Shown: piece by piece, positions 1 to 12,032 of the stretch | Numbering within the stretch: position 1 is the first letter of the stretch | Layout: each line of letters opens with the position of its first letter | NCBI GenBank assembly: GCA_013239625.1 | Contig: MU054187.1 | Span: forward strand, 13,982,974-14,046,973 | Reading direction: 5' to 3' | DNA: 64,000 nt | Origin: Lama guanicoe | Lineage: Eukaryota | Notes under the pieces: generated by a model | The model's database searches: none | Told to the model about the DNA's origin: nothing | Seen by the model: the letters and a program-made list of their open reading frames with translations, nothing else | Made by a program: the position numbers and the translations under genes

Positions 1-619
1 TTAGAAGATGGGAAACTGTCCTTTAAGTATGTTTGCACAAATTTATTTCTACTTCAATGTCAATTACCCAGTTTCAATTTCTATCTCTAAACACCTTTGC
101 AAAGCAAGTGCAATGCAGCCATACACAGGATCCAAAGTGATCAAGTTTTCCAGCCCAGGGGTACTTGACATGGAAGGTCAAAAACCTTAAAAGGAACACT
201 TGTAATGTCCTTCTCATTACAGTTGCTCTGTTTGAACACATTTGACACAGAACAAGCCTTTTTCGAATAAATATACTTTTGTCCCAATAACATTCTTGGA
301 CCTCTCAGACCCACTTGCAGAGACATTCAGAGAAGTAAGTGTGCTTTCTGCAAGCAAGCATAACTGCTGCTACTGACACCTTCCACGCTATGAATTTTTT
401 TAAAAAAAAAAAGCAAAATTCTCATCTATTTTTAATGATTTATAGCAGGTAGGAAAGTGTTTTTTATAAGGGTGGGACTCCCAATTAAATCAATTGCAGA
501 CTTTGAAATTGATTCAGGTCAAGTGTCCTCCTCTGTAAGAAACCATCTCAGAACCCCCACCGTACGCTTGCTGCCTTTCTCTGTGCTCTCGCTGCCTCCT
601 CCGGGTGCCTGGGTTGCAC

Positions 620-1085
620 ACTCTCACAGAAGACGTGCTCCTTGAGGACAGACGCTATGTCTTTCAGCCCTGAAGTCCAAGAAATTTCTTTTTTTTTAAA
701 TTATGCAATTAAAAGAATATTTTAATTGTGGTAAAATACACATAACATTAAATTTAACATTTTAATCATTTTTTTCATTGTTCTATAACTGGCCTGAATT
801 TCTTTGTTCTTATCAAAGGATTTTCAGTGTTGCTTTAGTTTCTGGTGTACAGCATAGTGATCAGTTAGACACACATATATTCTTTTTCATTATAGGTTAT
901 TATGAAATACTGAATATAGTTCCCTGTGCTATACAGTAGGACCTTGTTGTTTATCTGTTCTGTATATAGTAGTTTGTATCTGCTTCCAAGGAATTTCTGT
1001 GTCCCAAACTATGTCCGGCATTCTACCTGGCATAGAGTAAGAGATTACTAAATAATAATGAAGGAATGAATGAATGAATAAGTTA
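620..1085 (+). mobile_element. L2 3' end (interrupted by the 690-984 insertion)
   Basis: ctccttgaggacagacgctatgtc ... cctggcatagagtaag...(GAAT)n terminus. Confidence 0.65.
690..984 (-). mobile_element. Composite L1 insertion (young L1 3' UTR, extra sequence and poly(A)) splitting an L2 3' end
   Basis: 14-bp TSD tccaag(a/g)aatttct at 676-689 and 985-998; poly(T) at 689-697; L1 3' UTR at about 825-984. Confidence 0.75.
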
Positions 1086-2644
1086 GCCCATCACTTGGAG
1101 TTACATTAGTCAGTTGCTCACCCATTTATAAGCCTCTTCGTGTTCCTCTATTTCAGACATCATTCTGTCTACACAGGTGACACCTGATGAATGTATCCCT
1201 GAATGCTATATTGTGGGACATATGGCTTAATATGAGAAGTCAGGTAGCCCCAGATGTGAATATTTACTCAGTTTACAGGAAACCATTCTTACCTTTGTTC
1301 TGGGCAGTCAGTCCTTTGTGAGCAGATCTTGAAGCTGCAGGTCACGGACTGTCTTCTTGATAAAAAATAATGGCTCTTATTTAAGCCTGAATTAGTCAAA
1401 TGAGTCTGGGATCTAAAAAGAGAGCTTTATAAAACTCTGCCCACACTGTCACAGGCCACACTTCTCATGAACTTAATGAGTGAGCTGGGGCACATTTTGC
1501 TCTTGCTTGTTGGGGTTTCAAAAGGGCAAACCCAATAAATCCACTCACATTTAAAGTGAGCTATTAGCCTGCAGTAGACACGGTGTGCCCTGAACCGTCT
1601 GTCCAGCAGCAGCATTCCCACTTCAGTGCCTCCTTTTCCTTTGCATCAAATGAAGATGACATCACTACTGCTGTTTTCCAGATTGGAGCAGAGGAGCAAT
1701 GGCCACTACCTCTGGGTATATTCCAGCACTGCTTGACTATTATCTTCCTTTCATCTTTTACCTCACAAGGATGGCATAAGGGTTCACAGGAAAAATTCTG
1801 TCCAGTTCTTTGAAATGAATAACATAAACATGGCAGACATCCATGTCATTGATCAATGAAATAATAGTCTACAAGCCAATGGAGGTTATTTTGGTTTTAT
1901 TCTAGTTTTTTTAAATATAATTATTGCACATTCATGTTTTCCAGTCTAATAAGGGCCTTGTTATTAAGAGACTCTTTGAAGCTGTTTATTTTAAGTGAAC
2001 ATTTAAAAAATACTACCTTAGTGGCCTGAGTTACAGCTCAGATGGGAAGACATAAAATGCACTGTTCTGAATTGATCTGGTGAGAAAAGTAAAAGCACTC
2101 AAAACAGGACGCTGGAGCATCAGGGGAAGAGCTTGTTTGTGCCAAAGGCGCACGTCTGTGTCCATGGCGGGCTCCATCCAGGCCTGGGGAGATGGAAGTG
2201 GGGCTCCTCCCTGCACCCCAGTCTCATGCTACCCACCACCAACCAAACCATCCTTCGATGGGATAGGGTGCCTTTCTTCTTCCAAAGTCCTCATTTACCA
2301 AAATTAGAACTAGGCAGGTGGCCAGAATTGGGGGGGGAGGTGTCATACAAAGTAGAAGACATTGCTCACCCAGCAAGGTGACCCTCCAGCCCAAGCCAGC
2401 ACCAGTCCTTTCACAGCCATAGGGAGGGAAAGAATCCCACTTGAGAAGCAGCCAGAGGTGAGAACTGGGGTGTGGTGCAGGTGCCCGCCTTGTGGGTGAT
2501 GACAGCGCAGGACTGAATGGCCTTAGGAGACAGGGAGCAGTGAGTCTGTACCTCGTAGCCGGCAGGGGGTTTGGAGGGAGAAGCAGACCCCAGGAAAGCT
2601 CAGAGACTCTTGGAGGGTTTATCCACATCTGGAAGGGGACGTGG

Positions 2645-2910
2645 CGGCAAGGCTGCATTTCGATTTTCATGGGACCCAGGAACTTTTGCCTTTGTGGCCC
2701 CTTCTTCCATTAAAAACATCTTTTAAATTATATTTTATGACTGCACTGGAGCAACAATGAATATAATCCAGGTTTGAGTCATTCTTCTATATTAGTTTTT
2801 ATATTCATTTCTTCTACTAATTTGAAATAAACTTACCACAAAAGCATTTAGTGGCTCCCTAAAAGTATCATAGCCCTGGGCACGGTGCATGCTGTGTCTA
2901 GTGAACAAGG
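2645..2910. mobile_element. Degraded hAT-type DNA transposon fragment
   Basis: catgggacccaggaacttttgcctttgtggccccttcttccattaaaa...ccctaaaagtatcatagccctgggcacggtgc. Resembles a hAT-Tip100-type MER; family not assigned. Confidence 0.4.
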
Positions 2911-3009
2911 TATTCAAGTCAGGGGGAACCTGAACCTTCCTCATACTATATTCTCTTGAGTGGAAACAAGGGGTCCCAGAATGGGAAAGTGTAGGAAATG
3001 GTCCAGGGG

Positions 3010-3430
3010 TCTTCCACCTGTAAGCTGTCTGACTATGACCTTGAGAAAATTACTTTTTCTGAGTCTTGCCTTCCTCCTAAGTTGTAATTATGAGGATTCA
3101 AAGGAGATAGATACAAAATACTTTGCCCCCCTCCTGTTTTAAAGCGGTGAGTAAATGGTAGCTAATGATAGTAAGAGCAAGCGTGTGATATATAGGAAGC
3201 CACTTAAATGGAGTCGAAAGATGTAGCTTCTCGTTCTGTTTGCTGTTTTTTTTTTTAAACACACTAGCTATGTGACACTAGCATTTAACCTTTCTGAGCC
3301 TTAGTTTCATCTGTAATAATATCCACCCTGCCAACCCAACCTGACAGGATTGCTGAAAGAATAAATCAGATAATGGATGTAGAAGCATGTTTATTATAGA
3401 TAAAAGCATTGCATTCAGGGATTATTGTTG
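3010..3430 (+). mobile_element. Two adjacent MIR SINEs
   Basis: MIR core motifs tatgaccttgagaaaattact...ctgagtctt and ctagctatgtgac...taacctttctgagccttagtttcatctgtaa...ggattgctgaaagaataaatcagataatggatgt. Confidence 0.7.
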
Positions 3431-6400
3431 AAAATTAGGTAGAAGAAAGTGTACGGTGCCTGGCACACAAAATCCATTCAGTAGATGTTTATTGAATGAA
3501 TGAATGTGTCACAAAGCTTTCAACTTTGGACACACTGAAATCTCCACTGGTGTGCTTAATGGTGAAAAGCATTGCAAAGGCAGCTCAAGACAAAAGTAAC
3601 AAATATTTCACGTGAGAAGGAGGTTCTAACTAATAATCCTTAACTATAACTTTCACCAACATGTAAATACCTTAGATTGCAGGCTTCTGGGAAGCACACT
3701 TTATTTGTATTTTTGTATCTTCAACACCTCCCATCCTAGTGTTGATACTCAGCCGATGCTTGAAAATTGAATTGAGTTTATCCAATAGGACTTGCTCCTG
3801 TAGCCAGTCTTAATCTCTCTTCATACTGAAATATTCGTAACTGCATTCTTTCCCCCAAGTTCTTGCATTGCTATTTGTGTAAAACTCTCAAATTAAGGGC
3901 TTTCAACAACTATTACTTGGATGAATAAATTAATGTTTCCCACTGTAGTTTTATTTTAAATTTGTGTTGCTAACCATACAGCTAGCAGATGCTTGAGAAA
4001 ATATACTTTTGTATTGTAGGAGATAAAATAGTTTAAACTCCTATGGTACCTTAATCAAATCAGACTTGAGAATTCCACTCATAATTCTTGCTTGGATGAA
4101 TCACCGTACAAGTCCATTGTATCTTAGAGAAGAATCATGACCAAATCTAGGAGTATCTGATTGATGGGACCAGTCCAACATGCCCTCTTCCCAGCTTTGG
4201 AGGGCAGCCCTCCCATGTCCAAAAACAAAGTGCTCAAGTGTAAAGAACTCTCCTGCCAGCTTGTCAGCATCACACAGCCTGTTGCATCTTTGAAGCTGTG
4301 ACCACTTGTTTGTTACAAGAACGAATGTCTCTGGAGAAGGAGTGTGGTGCATTTTGTGAAAATTGCTCCTTTTGGCAGCATCTGAGAATAAATTGGCATC
4401 TCAGCAGTGCAGCTGTGACTATAATTGACTGAAGTTCTCAGCAGAAAGGGCACTGACCATCTTTCTCAGGCAAATAGCTCTGTCAGAAAATCCTCATTCC
4501 AAATACCTCACCATCAGCCTTTAAAGGTAGATCTTTCACTGGCTTTCTTTGATGTGCATCTTCTATAGTTTTATCCTTTCCTCCATCAGTTCTAATGTGG
4601 TGGTTCTTGTGTGTGCAGTGGCAGAATCCCTAGATAGTCTCTTGGATGTTAATCAGTTTTTGTTTTGGGGGGAAAAAATTGAAAGGAAGTCTTTTGATTT
4701 CATTTATCATCTGTGGAGGTTTCCATGACTCTTGTGTCTGTCCTGAAAATGATTGTCCCTAGTAAATTGTCCTGAGTGGTACATAATACTTAATGATAGC
4801 AAGATGTTCTACATGGAACAGAGAGCAGCTTTTCAAAACAGAAACTGTTACCCTTGCATGAAAAGACATAAAGTAGAAATGTGGTCTTCATCCTGTGCCT
4901 AACCTCATCCCATTAGCATAAAGCAGTTCAACTCTCAAGAAGGAAAGAAAGTCCTGGCAGAGAATCTTCTAAAATATGCAAGGAGGTTATCTTCCCTGCA
5001 GACCACAACGTTTATATTTCTCCGTGTGGGCCAGCTCTGTTCTGCATCTGTTTGAAGAGTTGTATCTCCTGCATAGATTGAGTGTATCTGCATATTCCTT
5101 TTGGATCCCCAGAGCCTCTCCAGGCACATAGTAGGAACTCAAAAAGTGTTCACTGGCTGAGTGAATCACATAGACTCAGCTGTGTGCCCTGAATTGGCAA
5201 CACCCACACTTGGCCCAACACAAGGTCAAGTTCTACCCTCTTCCTAGACTGCTCCCCTCAGACACTTCCACATTCCACCATGCCACAAAAAGGATCTCAG
5301 TGATGACTGTTGTCTTTAAAACCCTCATTTATTAAAATCCAAACTTGAAACTGACCTAAAATGGCCAGCACTTCCAGGGAGACATTTCCTCTTCCTCCCT
5401 AGATGGGGGGACCATGCACCATGCAGGTCGAGCCAGCTTCATTTCTCTGTGAATTCTGGGCCACCCTCCCCGCAACTGTGTAGCAGAACCAACAGAAAGG
5501 ACCCTAGTCTTAGAGTCAATACCACTTTGAAGCCTGTCTCTGACATATGCTTTGCGGGTTTGGATTTAAAACACAAAAAACTTAACCTGGCTAAATTGTG
5601 TTTTCTCATAATTGGAATAATAAATACAGTGCCCCCACCTGTACCCGCTGGAATGGGATTAGGTGAGAAACACAGAAGTGCCTCATGCAGAGTGGCTTCT
5701 CAGTGACTGTTCATGATTCTACCCAGGGGCCTCTGGCAGGGCCAGCTGACCACCAAGAGATCAGGAGCCTATGATTGACAGTAATGAGTTGCATGACAAA
5801 AAGAGGAAGGAATAATCGGGTGTTCAGTGATCGTGTGACAGCAACGGGGAGGGAGATAATGATGCAGATCTATGAGCCTACACGACGTGGTGGGGATGCT
5901 CCCCACCCCACCCCCAACACACACGCACACAAGGGTCTTTCCATTTAGAACAAAGGAAGTCCATAACTTCCTCTGGAAGTCTCTGGCAGTCCTGCGAGGG
6001 ATGGGGAGGCAGAATGAGGTACCCAGTCCCCACCCAGGTGGTACCCATAGCCCATCTACCTTTCAGGGAGCCAGAGCCTCTTCTCCTACGGATTTAAACT
6101 TCTCCCATAGACCAGCATTTCCTGAAACTCCTGTTTTCTGAGAACATAATGTGTTGCTTAGTTTTGACAAATTTGGTATTCCGTGAAGTATACATAATGT
6201 AGGTAGCGTTTTCCTTATTTCCAGCGGAAGCATCAAAAGGCAAGTGTGGACTCGCTTACTCAAGCTCCTTCACATCTTCAATTTAAAATGAATTAGGGTT
6301 ATTTGCTCTTTTGTCTGTTGGAGGCTGTCTTTTCCTCTAACTTTTTACCTTTAGTTTGTATAACTCTCATTAAAAAACAAATCTTTACCACTGCCCAGAG

Positions 6401-7394
6401 TAATTTACGAACCATCGTAGGTGACGTGGCTCTGCCCAGAATGATCAGGATTAATTGGAGACATTCCACAATTATTGAGAGTATCTTAAAATGAAACTGA
6501 AAGCCATCCTGTTCCAGCCACTGATGAACACAGATGTGCCAAGAGCTCTCCCAGCCTGCCGGAGGTGGTCCTGAGCAGAACGCACCCCCTGGGACTTCCT
6601 GACAGACTGTTGGCGAGTCTGGCTTCCACCCAGTGTGCATGCATAGTAGCGGAGCCAGCTTTGGGGGCCCACCCCAGCCCTTGCCTGTCAGTAGTCTATC
6701 ATCTCAGCCATGGAGAGGTGGATGCAAAGACCTATAGGAAGGAAGTTGTTCAGAGGCAGGGCCGCGACAGGACCAGCTAAGCAGATGAAATGTCTACATT
6801 GTGGGTGAGGCTCTTGTTTGGCTGCTGGAACCAAACATCTGTCACCGTCCTGCGGGGCCCAGAGGCCCTCATCACCTCCAAGTCAGGAACAGGAGGGGGC
6901 GGGGCCCCACTGTGACACCATCTGTGTGCCAGGGACTCGGGCCAAAAGACCTGGCACACACGGGCTTAATTTCACTCCATCCAGTCTGCAATGGGGAAAA
7001 GTCTCAGAATACACGAGCAGAATTGTCATCCTCTCTTACTTCCCTAACCCACCACCATCTCCAAAAACCACACAACTGATCATCTGCTGCTTGCAGGAGC
7101 TCTGCTGTCCACCTCTGATCTTAAGCTCACCTCCTCCAGAGCTGCCCTCCTAAGAACAGTAAGAGATGGCATTACTGTCTTTTTCCAGGAAGGAGCATGC
7201 CTGTCCCCTGGGCCCCTGCTGCCTCATCTGCCACCACCCAGCTAGGGACCTCCCCCAAGAGGGGTCAGATGACATGTGATCACCCAGGCGAGGAGAGGAC
7301 ACGCACATCTTCCGAGTGAAGGAAGGGAAGCTGCATCTTCTCCCCACTCCCCCCAACCCCCTCCCCCTTAGCCTTGGCTTAGCCATGACCTTCC

Positions 7395-7560
7395 CTTACT
7401 CCTCAGGGTGCAGCCCACGGACCGGCAACATCAGCGTCACTTGGGAGTTTGACGGCTCTGCAGCATCTCAGACCCACCCACGCACACAGAATCAGAATCT
7501 GCACTTTCACAGGATCCGCGGATGGTTCCCCATGCACGGTCAAATCCAAGAAGCCGAGAT
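7395..7560. mobile_element. MER5A hAT-Charlie MITE
   Basis: ggaccggcaacatcagcgtcacttgggagttt...tgcagcatctcagacccaccc...gaatcagaatctgcactttcacaggatcc. Confidence 0.8.
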
Positions 7561-8654
7561 CAGATGTGTGATTATTCTATATTATCTTCAAGTGGAAGGA
7601 ACGCTCTACTTACTCCAAATCTTAGAAAGAACAGTAAAGAGACCCTAATATCTGTAGACAGGAAAGCACAACTACACAGAAGTTAGTTGCTAACGTTAGC
7701 AATATTTATGCACAACTCTAACTACCTTTGCCTGGCCACTGGCTCGGAAAGGTTCTGGAGAATAAAGCCTGTGTTTCTTAAGTAGAAGCACCCAGACAAT
7801 GGAGAGGGTGTTTCCTCGGACTCCTGTCCACCCTCGGAGCAGGAGGAGGCCCGGCCCCTCACTCCTACCTTCTGCTGCAGCCAGAGAAGAGCTAGTGAAA
7901 ACCACTTGGAACTTCCCTGTCACTCAGAGGCCATTAATTTTTTACTAGATGAAAAGTACTTTTTCCAAAAATAAAACCCGGAGTTAATCATTTCAGTAGG
8001 CTAGGGAAATGTACAGCTCCTTATTATAGCTGCGAATGAGAGCAGTTCCATAACAGTTCTAAACTTCTTCTGATTCTACAGTCTTCTCTTCTTAGCAGGA
8101 AAACAAAAAACAAAAAACAAAAACATAGTAAAGGGCTCAGGTGCCCTTTAGACCCTCAGGCACACCTGTGCCCAACAGCGCACTCGACAAACTCCTAGAG
8201 CATCACCATCCTTCACATACGATTCCTCGATTCCTCCCATGTAACCGCTCAGTGTCCCCCCTCCCGCCCCACCGACCCCTCTGGATCTCGGTTTTCCCTT
8301 TGGCAGTGAGCTGTTAGAAAAGCTCAGATGCCTTCAGGGGCCTCATGGAATGAAAGTGGGGGATGGGGAGTGAGGAGGGGGCTTGCAGCACAGGGAGAAT
8401 GTAACATGAGGACATGGACCATTGCTAGGTGACCATCCTAGCTCCTTCGGTGGTCCTGTTTGGATGTCACAAAGCTGACACAGCACATCTTTTTGTTATC
8501 TTTGTGCCAATTCTTTAGGGCTGAGTATGCGCGCGTGCGTATGTGTTCATTACTACCCTGCACCTGTAGTTCCTCTGCAACAGGGGACAGTAATGAGACC
8601 CAGTGGTGGATCCTAGGAGCCAGCGCTTTGTGGATTCCAAACAAGACTGTCAGC

Positions 8655-9015
8655 TAGCAGAGATCCCCAAGGAGCGGCTTGTGTATGTTTTTTGTTGTTG
8701 TTTGTCCTACACAGTATTTTCAGAAACGTTTGAATTACTTGGAACATTTAAAAATCAGGACATTTCAGATCTTTTTTTTTAATCCATATTTCTGACTTCT
8801 CTTGAATTGGAAAAAATCTGATGACACTCACCCTCATTTCCATGTGGCAACAATCAGCTAAATTTGTAGCCACTTCCCACTTTAGATGCCCTCTCCCATT
8901 TCCCACCGTCCCCTCCACTCCCCAGAGGCTTCCGCCTGCCCTTGCCTCACTCCTGATTCACTCCTGATTATGACTCACCTGGGCCCAGAAGGCATTTCCG
9001 TTTCCAACCCCTTTT
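8655..9015. mobile_element. MER102-like hAT-Charlie element
   Basis: catttaaaaatcaggacatttca...atttctgacttctcttgaa...catgtggcaacaatcagct...cccactttagatg. Confidence 0.7.
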
Positions 9016-10378
9016 TACAGCCTGATGCAAAGCTGGGCTCCCAGTCGGGGCTGGTGTGTGAGAGGCCAGATGGCTGAGAACATGGCTGGTGGGAGGGTCC
9101 ACTTGATTTGGTTTACAAAGCACTAAAATGTTTCTTTATCTCAGAACATTAGGTTTAAAAAAAAATGGAATGCACTGAGAAGAAAATGAAGCCACTGGGT
9201 AGTGAAACTACCTAGCGATTAAATCGGGATCCAGCCACCAACAAACATCAAATGGCAGTTTAACTAGCGGGTTCCTCTCGCTGTCAGTCCTATACTGGGC
9301 ATCTCCCTGGCTCCAGCCTCCTGTCGGGAATGTTCCGCCGTCCATGCTGTGTACCATCTGGGTGCAGGCCCTTTACATCCTCACTGACCTGGCTACCAGG
9401 ATGCTCTCAGCCTCTCAGTTTACTCACTGCCCCTTGTAGCTACATTGTGCTTTAATTGTAGATTTGTTACTGTTCCTTTGTTTTAATCTTTATTATTAAT
9501 TACTTCAGATCGAGAGAAAAGAACTGAGAACGACATAACCTACCTGCTTTCCAGCTTGACTGAAACCTACACATGGCTCCCTGGCTCCAGATTCTTTTTT
9601 TTTCTGAGGAACAAAATCGTACAGAGCCCACCCTCATCCTTTTCTCTCACTTCCCAGAGGTTAACCAGCAGCCTAAATTATCCTTCTCTTGCCTTATTTA
9701 AAATATGTTTTTTAGATTTAACCGTCTGATACCGGTTCCTTTTTAAATGCTAGGTAACGTTCCCCTGGAAGATGGATTTTAAGCTCTTCTTTTCTTGATG
9801 GGCGTACAAACTGTTTCCTCCTCGTTGTTGTTACCAGCAATGCTGCAGCGAATGTTCCTGTATCTCTTCCTACACACACGTGTACAAGTCCCTTTATACA
9901 CCTGGAAGTGGAATTGTGAGTCACAGAGCAGCACTTTTTTTACCTTTATTTTCTTGCCAAATCCTTCTCCAAAATGACTGTGTTGATTGGCTCTTCAGCA
10001 ACCACAGACCTAAGAGAGCTTCCTTTCCCTGGCTCTTTCCCCCGACTTGGCCTTGTCAAGGCTCTTAATTTGGGCCAATCTGAAGGTGAAATGGCATCTT
10101 GTCATCATGTGAATTTTTGTTTTTCTGATTACTGGGGAGTTTGAGCATCTTTTCATGTGTTCAGGGACCACAGGATTGTCCCATACTATGAACTGCTTAC
10201 TCACTGATTTTGCACTCTTTTTTTTTTCCTATCAGACTGCTTTCTTTGTATTAACTTGTAGCATGCTTTCTAATTTCAGTAACAAATTGTTTGAAGGTTA
10301 TATGCCTCACAAATGTCTCCTCCCAGTTTTTTTTCCCTCTAATATGGAGTCTTTTGTTTTAGAGAGGTTTTGAATTTT

Positions 10379-10694
10379 TTTTAATGAAAGAAAAAGAGTC
10401 TATTAACATGTGCAGTGCACACACATGTGGGAAAAACTCAGTGAGGGGAAACTCAAAGGGGTGGTTAGAACTTGGGGCTTACATAGTGTCTTAACAAAGA
10501 TCAGAGAATTTATAGAGAAGTGACAAGAAAAAGGAAAAGGGGCCCCTAAAGGGACAAGAAACTGTGGAAAGGTAAGCGTATGGGGGAAACTAATGGAAGA
10601 TACGGGTTGTTTTAGTAAGATTCATTATGCAGGTTCCTCTCCCTTCTTCTCTAGACTAGTAACAGTCTAGTGGTGTCTCCCATGGTTAAGACTC
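10379..10694 (-). mobile_element. ERV1-like fragment inserted with L1 (TPRT) hallmarks
   Basis: Resembles MER4/MER34-group ERV1 sequence from memory (aaactcaaaggggtggttagaacttggggcttacatag...gagaagtgacaag...gaaactaatggaagata). Perfect 16-bp TSD agaggttttgaatttt at 10363-10378 and 10695-10710, with a short poly(T) at the left end. Confidence 0.7.
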
Positions 10695-11113
10695 AGAGGT
10701 TTTGAATTTTAATATCATCCAGTTTGTTAATATTTTCCTTTATGACTTATGCTTCTTATGTCTTATTTAAGAAATAGTTCCCTTCCTTGAGGTCATAAAT
10801 ACATTTTCCTGTGTTATTTTCTAAAGGTTTTAAAGTTTTACTCTCCACTTTTAAATCATTGATCTCACCAGAATTTGTATCTGTCAGGAAATAGGAATCT
10901 CTTCATTTTCCACTTTTATTGAGGACTTAATTTTTTTCCACACCAATCTGCCATATCACCTCCATCACACATGTATTTTTATATACGTTTGGGGCTGTTT
11001 CTGGACTCTCTGTGCTGTTTCATTTGTTCTTTTTCATCCACCCCACATTGCTATCACATGCCTTAGTTACCAAGGAAGGCTTCATAACAGTGGCAACTCC
11101 AACTATTTTTTGT

Positions 11114-11243
11114 TTGTTTGGGGATGGGAGGTAATTAGATTTATTTATGTATTTATTTTTAATAAAGGTGCTGGGAATTGAAGCCAGGACCTCATGCATG
11201 CTAAGCATGCGCTCTACCACTGAGCCATTCCCTTCCCCACCAC
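11114..11243 (-). mobile_element. tRNA-derived SINE (camelid Vic-1-like)
   Basis: Reverse complement reads GGCTCAGTGGTAGAGCGCATGCTTAGCATGCATGAGGTCCTGGCTTCAATTCCCAGCACC (A/B boxes) plus an A-rich tail containing CTAATTACC. Perfect 17-bp TSD ctccaactattttttgt at 11097-11113 and 11244-11260. Confidence 0.9.
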
Positions 11244-11284
11244 CTCCAACTATTTTTTGTATTTCAAACTTATCTTAGCTCTTC

Positions 11285-11468
11285 TTTTTCTTTTATTGCA
11301 ATACAGTTGACATACAGTGTTAGTTTCAGGGGTACAACACAGTGATTTAACATTTAAACACACTACAAAATGATCATCACGATAAGTCTAGTAACCATCT
11401 GTCCCCAGCCAAAGTTATTTCACTATCACTGACCATATTCCTTATGTGCATATTACATCTCCATAACT
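11285..11468 (-). mobile_element. LINE-1 3' end (L1MA-like)
   Basis: tacagttgacatacagtgttagtttcaggggtacaacacagtgatttaacattt...gtaaccatctgtc is typical of L1MA 3' ends. Confidence 0.75.
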
Positions 11469-11732
11469 CTTCTTAACCTTGTGCTCTTCGGTGAGAATTT
11501 TAAGATCAGCTTGTTGTATATCATGAGGATCTCTACTGGGATTTTGTTTGGAATTGCATTGCTATAAATTAATTTGGAATTTTGTTTTAAAGAGATTCTT
11601 GTATAAGGTTAAGGAAATTTCTTTTTTATTTGTGGTTTGGTAAGAATTCTTAATCCTAAGTGAGGGTGGAATGCTATCAGATTTTTTTCTGTCTACTGAT
11701 ACGATCATATGTTTTATGATATAACCTCTTTT

Positions 11733-12032
11733 TTTATTGAAGCATAATTCGTTTACGTTGTGTCAATTTCTGGGGTATAGCATAATGTTTCAGTCATCCA
11801 TATACATACATATATTCTTTTTCATATTCTTTTACATTATAGGTTGCTGCAGGATATTGAATATAGCTATACAGAAGAAATTTGTTGTTTATCTATTTTA
11901 TATATAGTAGTTAATTTTGCAAATTCTCAAGCTCCCAATTTATCCCTTCCCATCCTGTTTCCCCCCAGTAACCATAAGTTTGTTTACTATGTCTGTGAGT
12001 CTGTTTCTGTTTTGTAGATAAGCTCATTAGTG
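11733..12032 (-). mobile_element. LINE-1 3' end inserted into an older L1
   Basis: L1 3' UTR motifs. TSD of about 18 bp, tatga(t/c)ataa(c/t)ctctttt, at 11715-11732 and 12033-12050. Confidence 0.85.

Noticed and set aside
2224-2670. 148-aa minus-strand ORF and the many other 60-140 aa ORFs
   Set aside because: No recognisable domains or exon context, many start at non-ATG codons, and this number is expected by chance in 64 kb.
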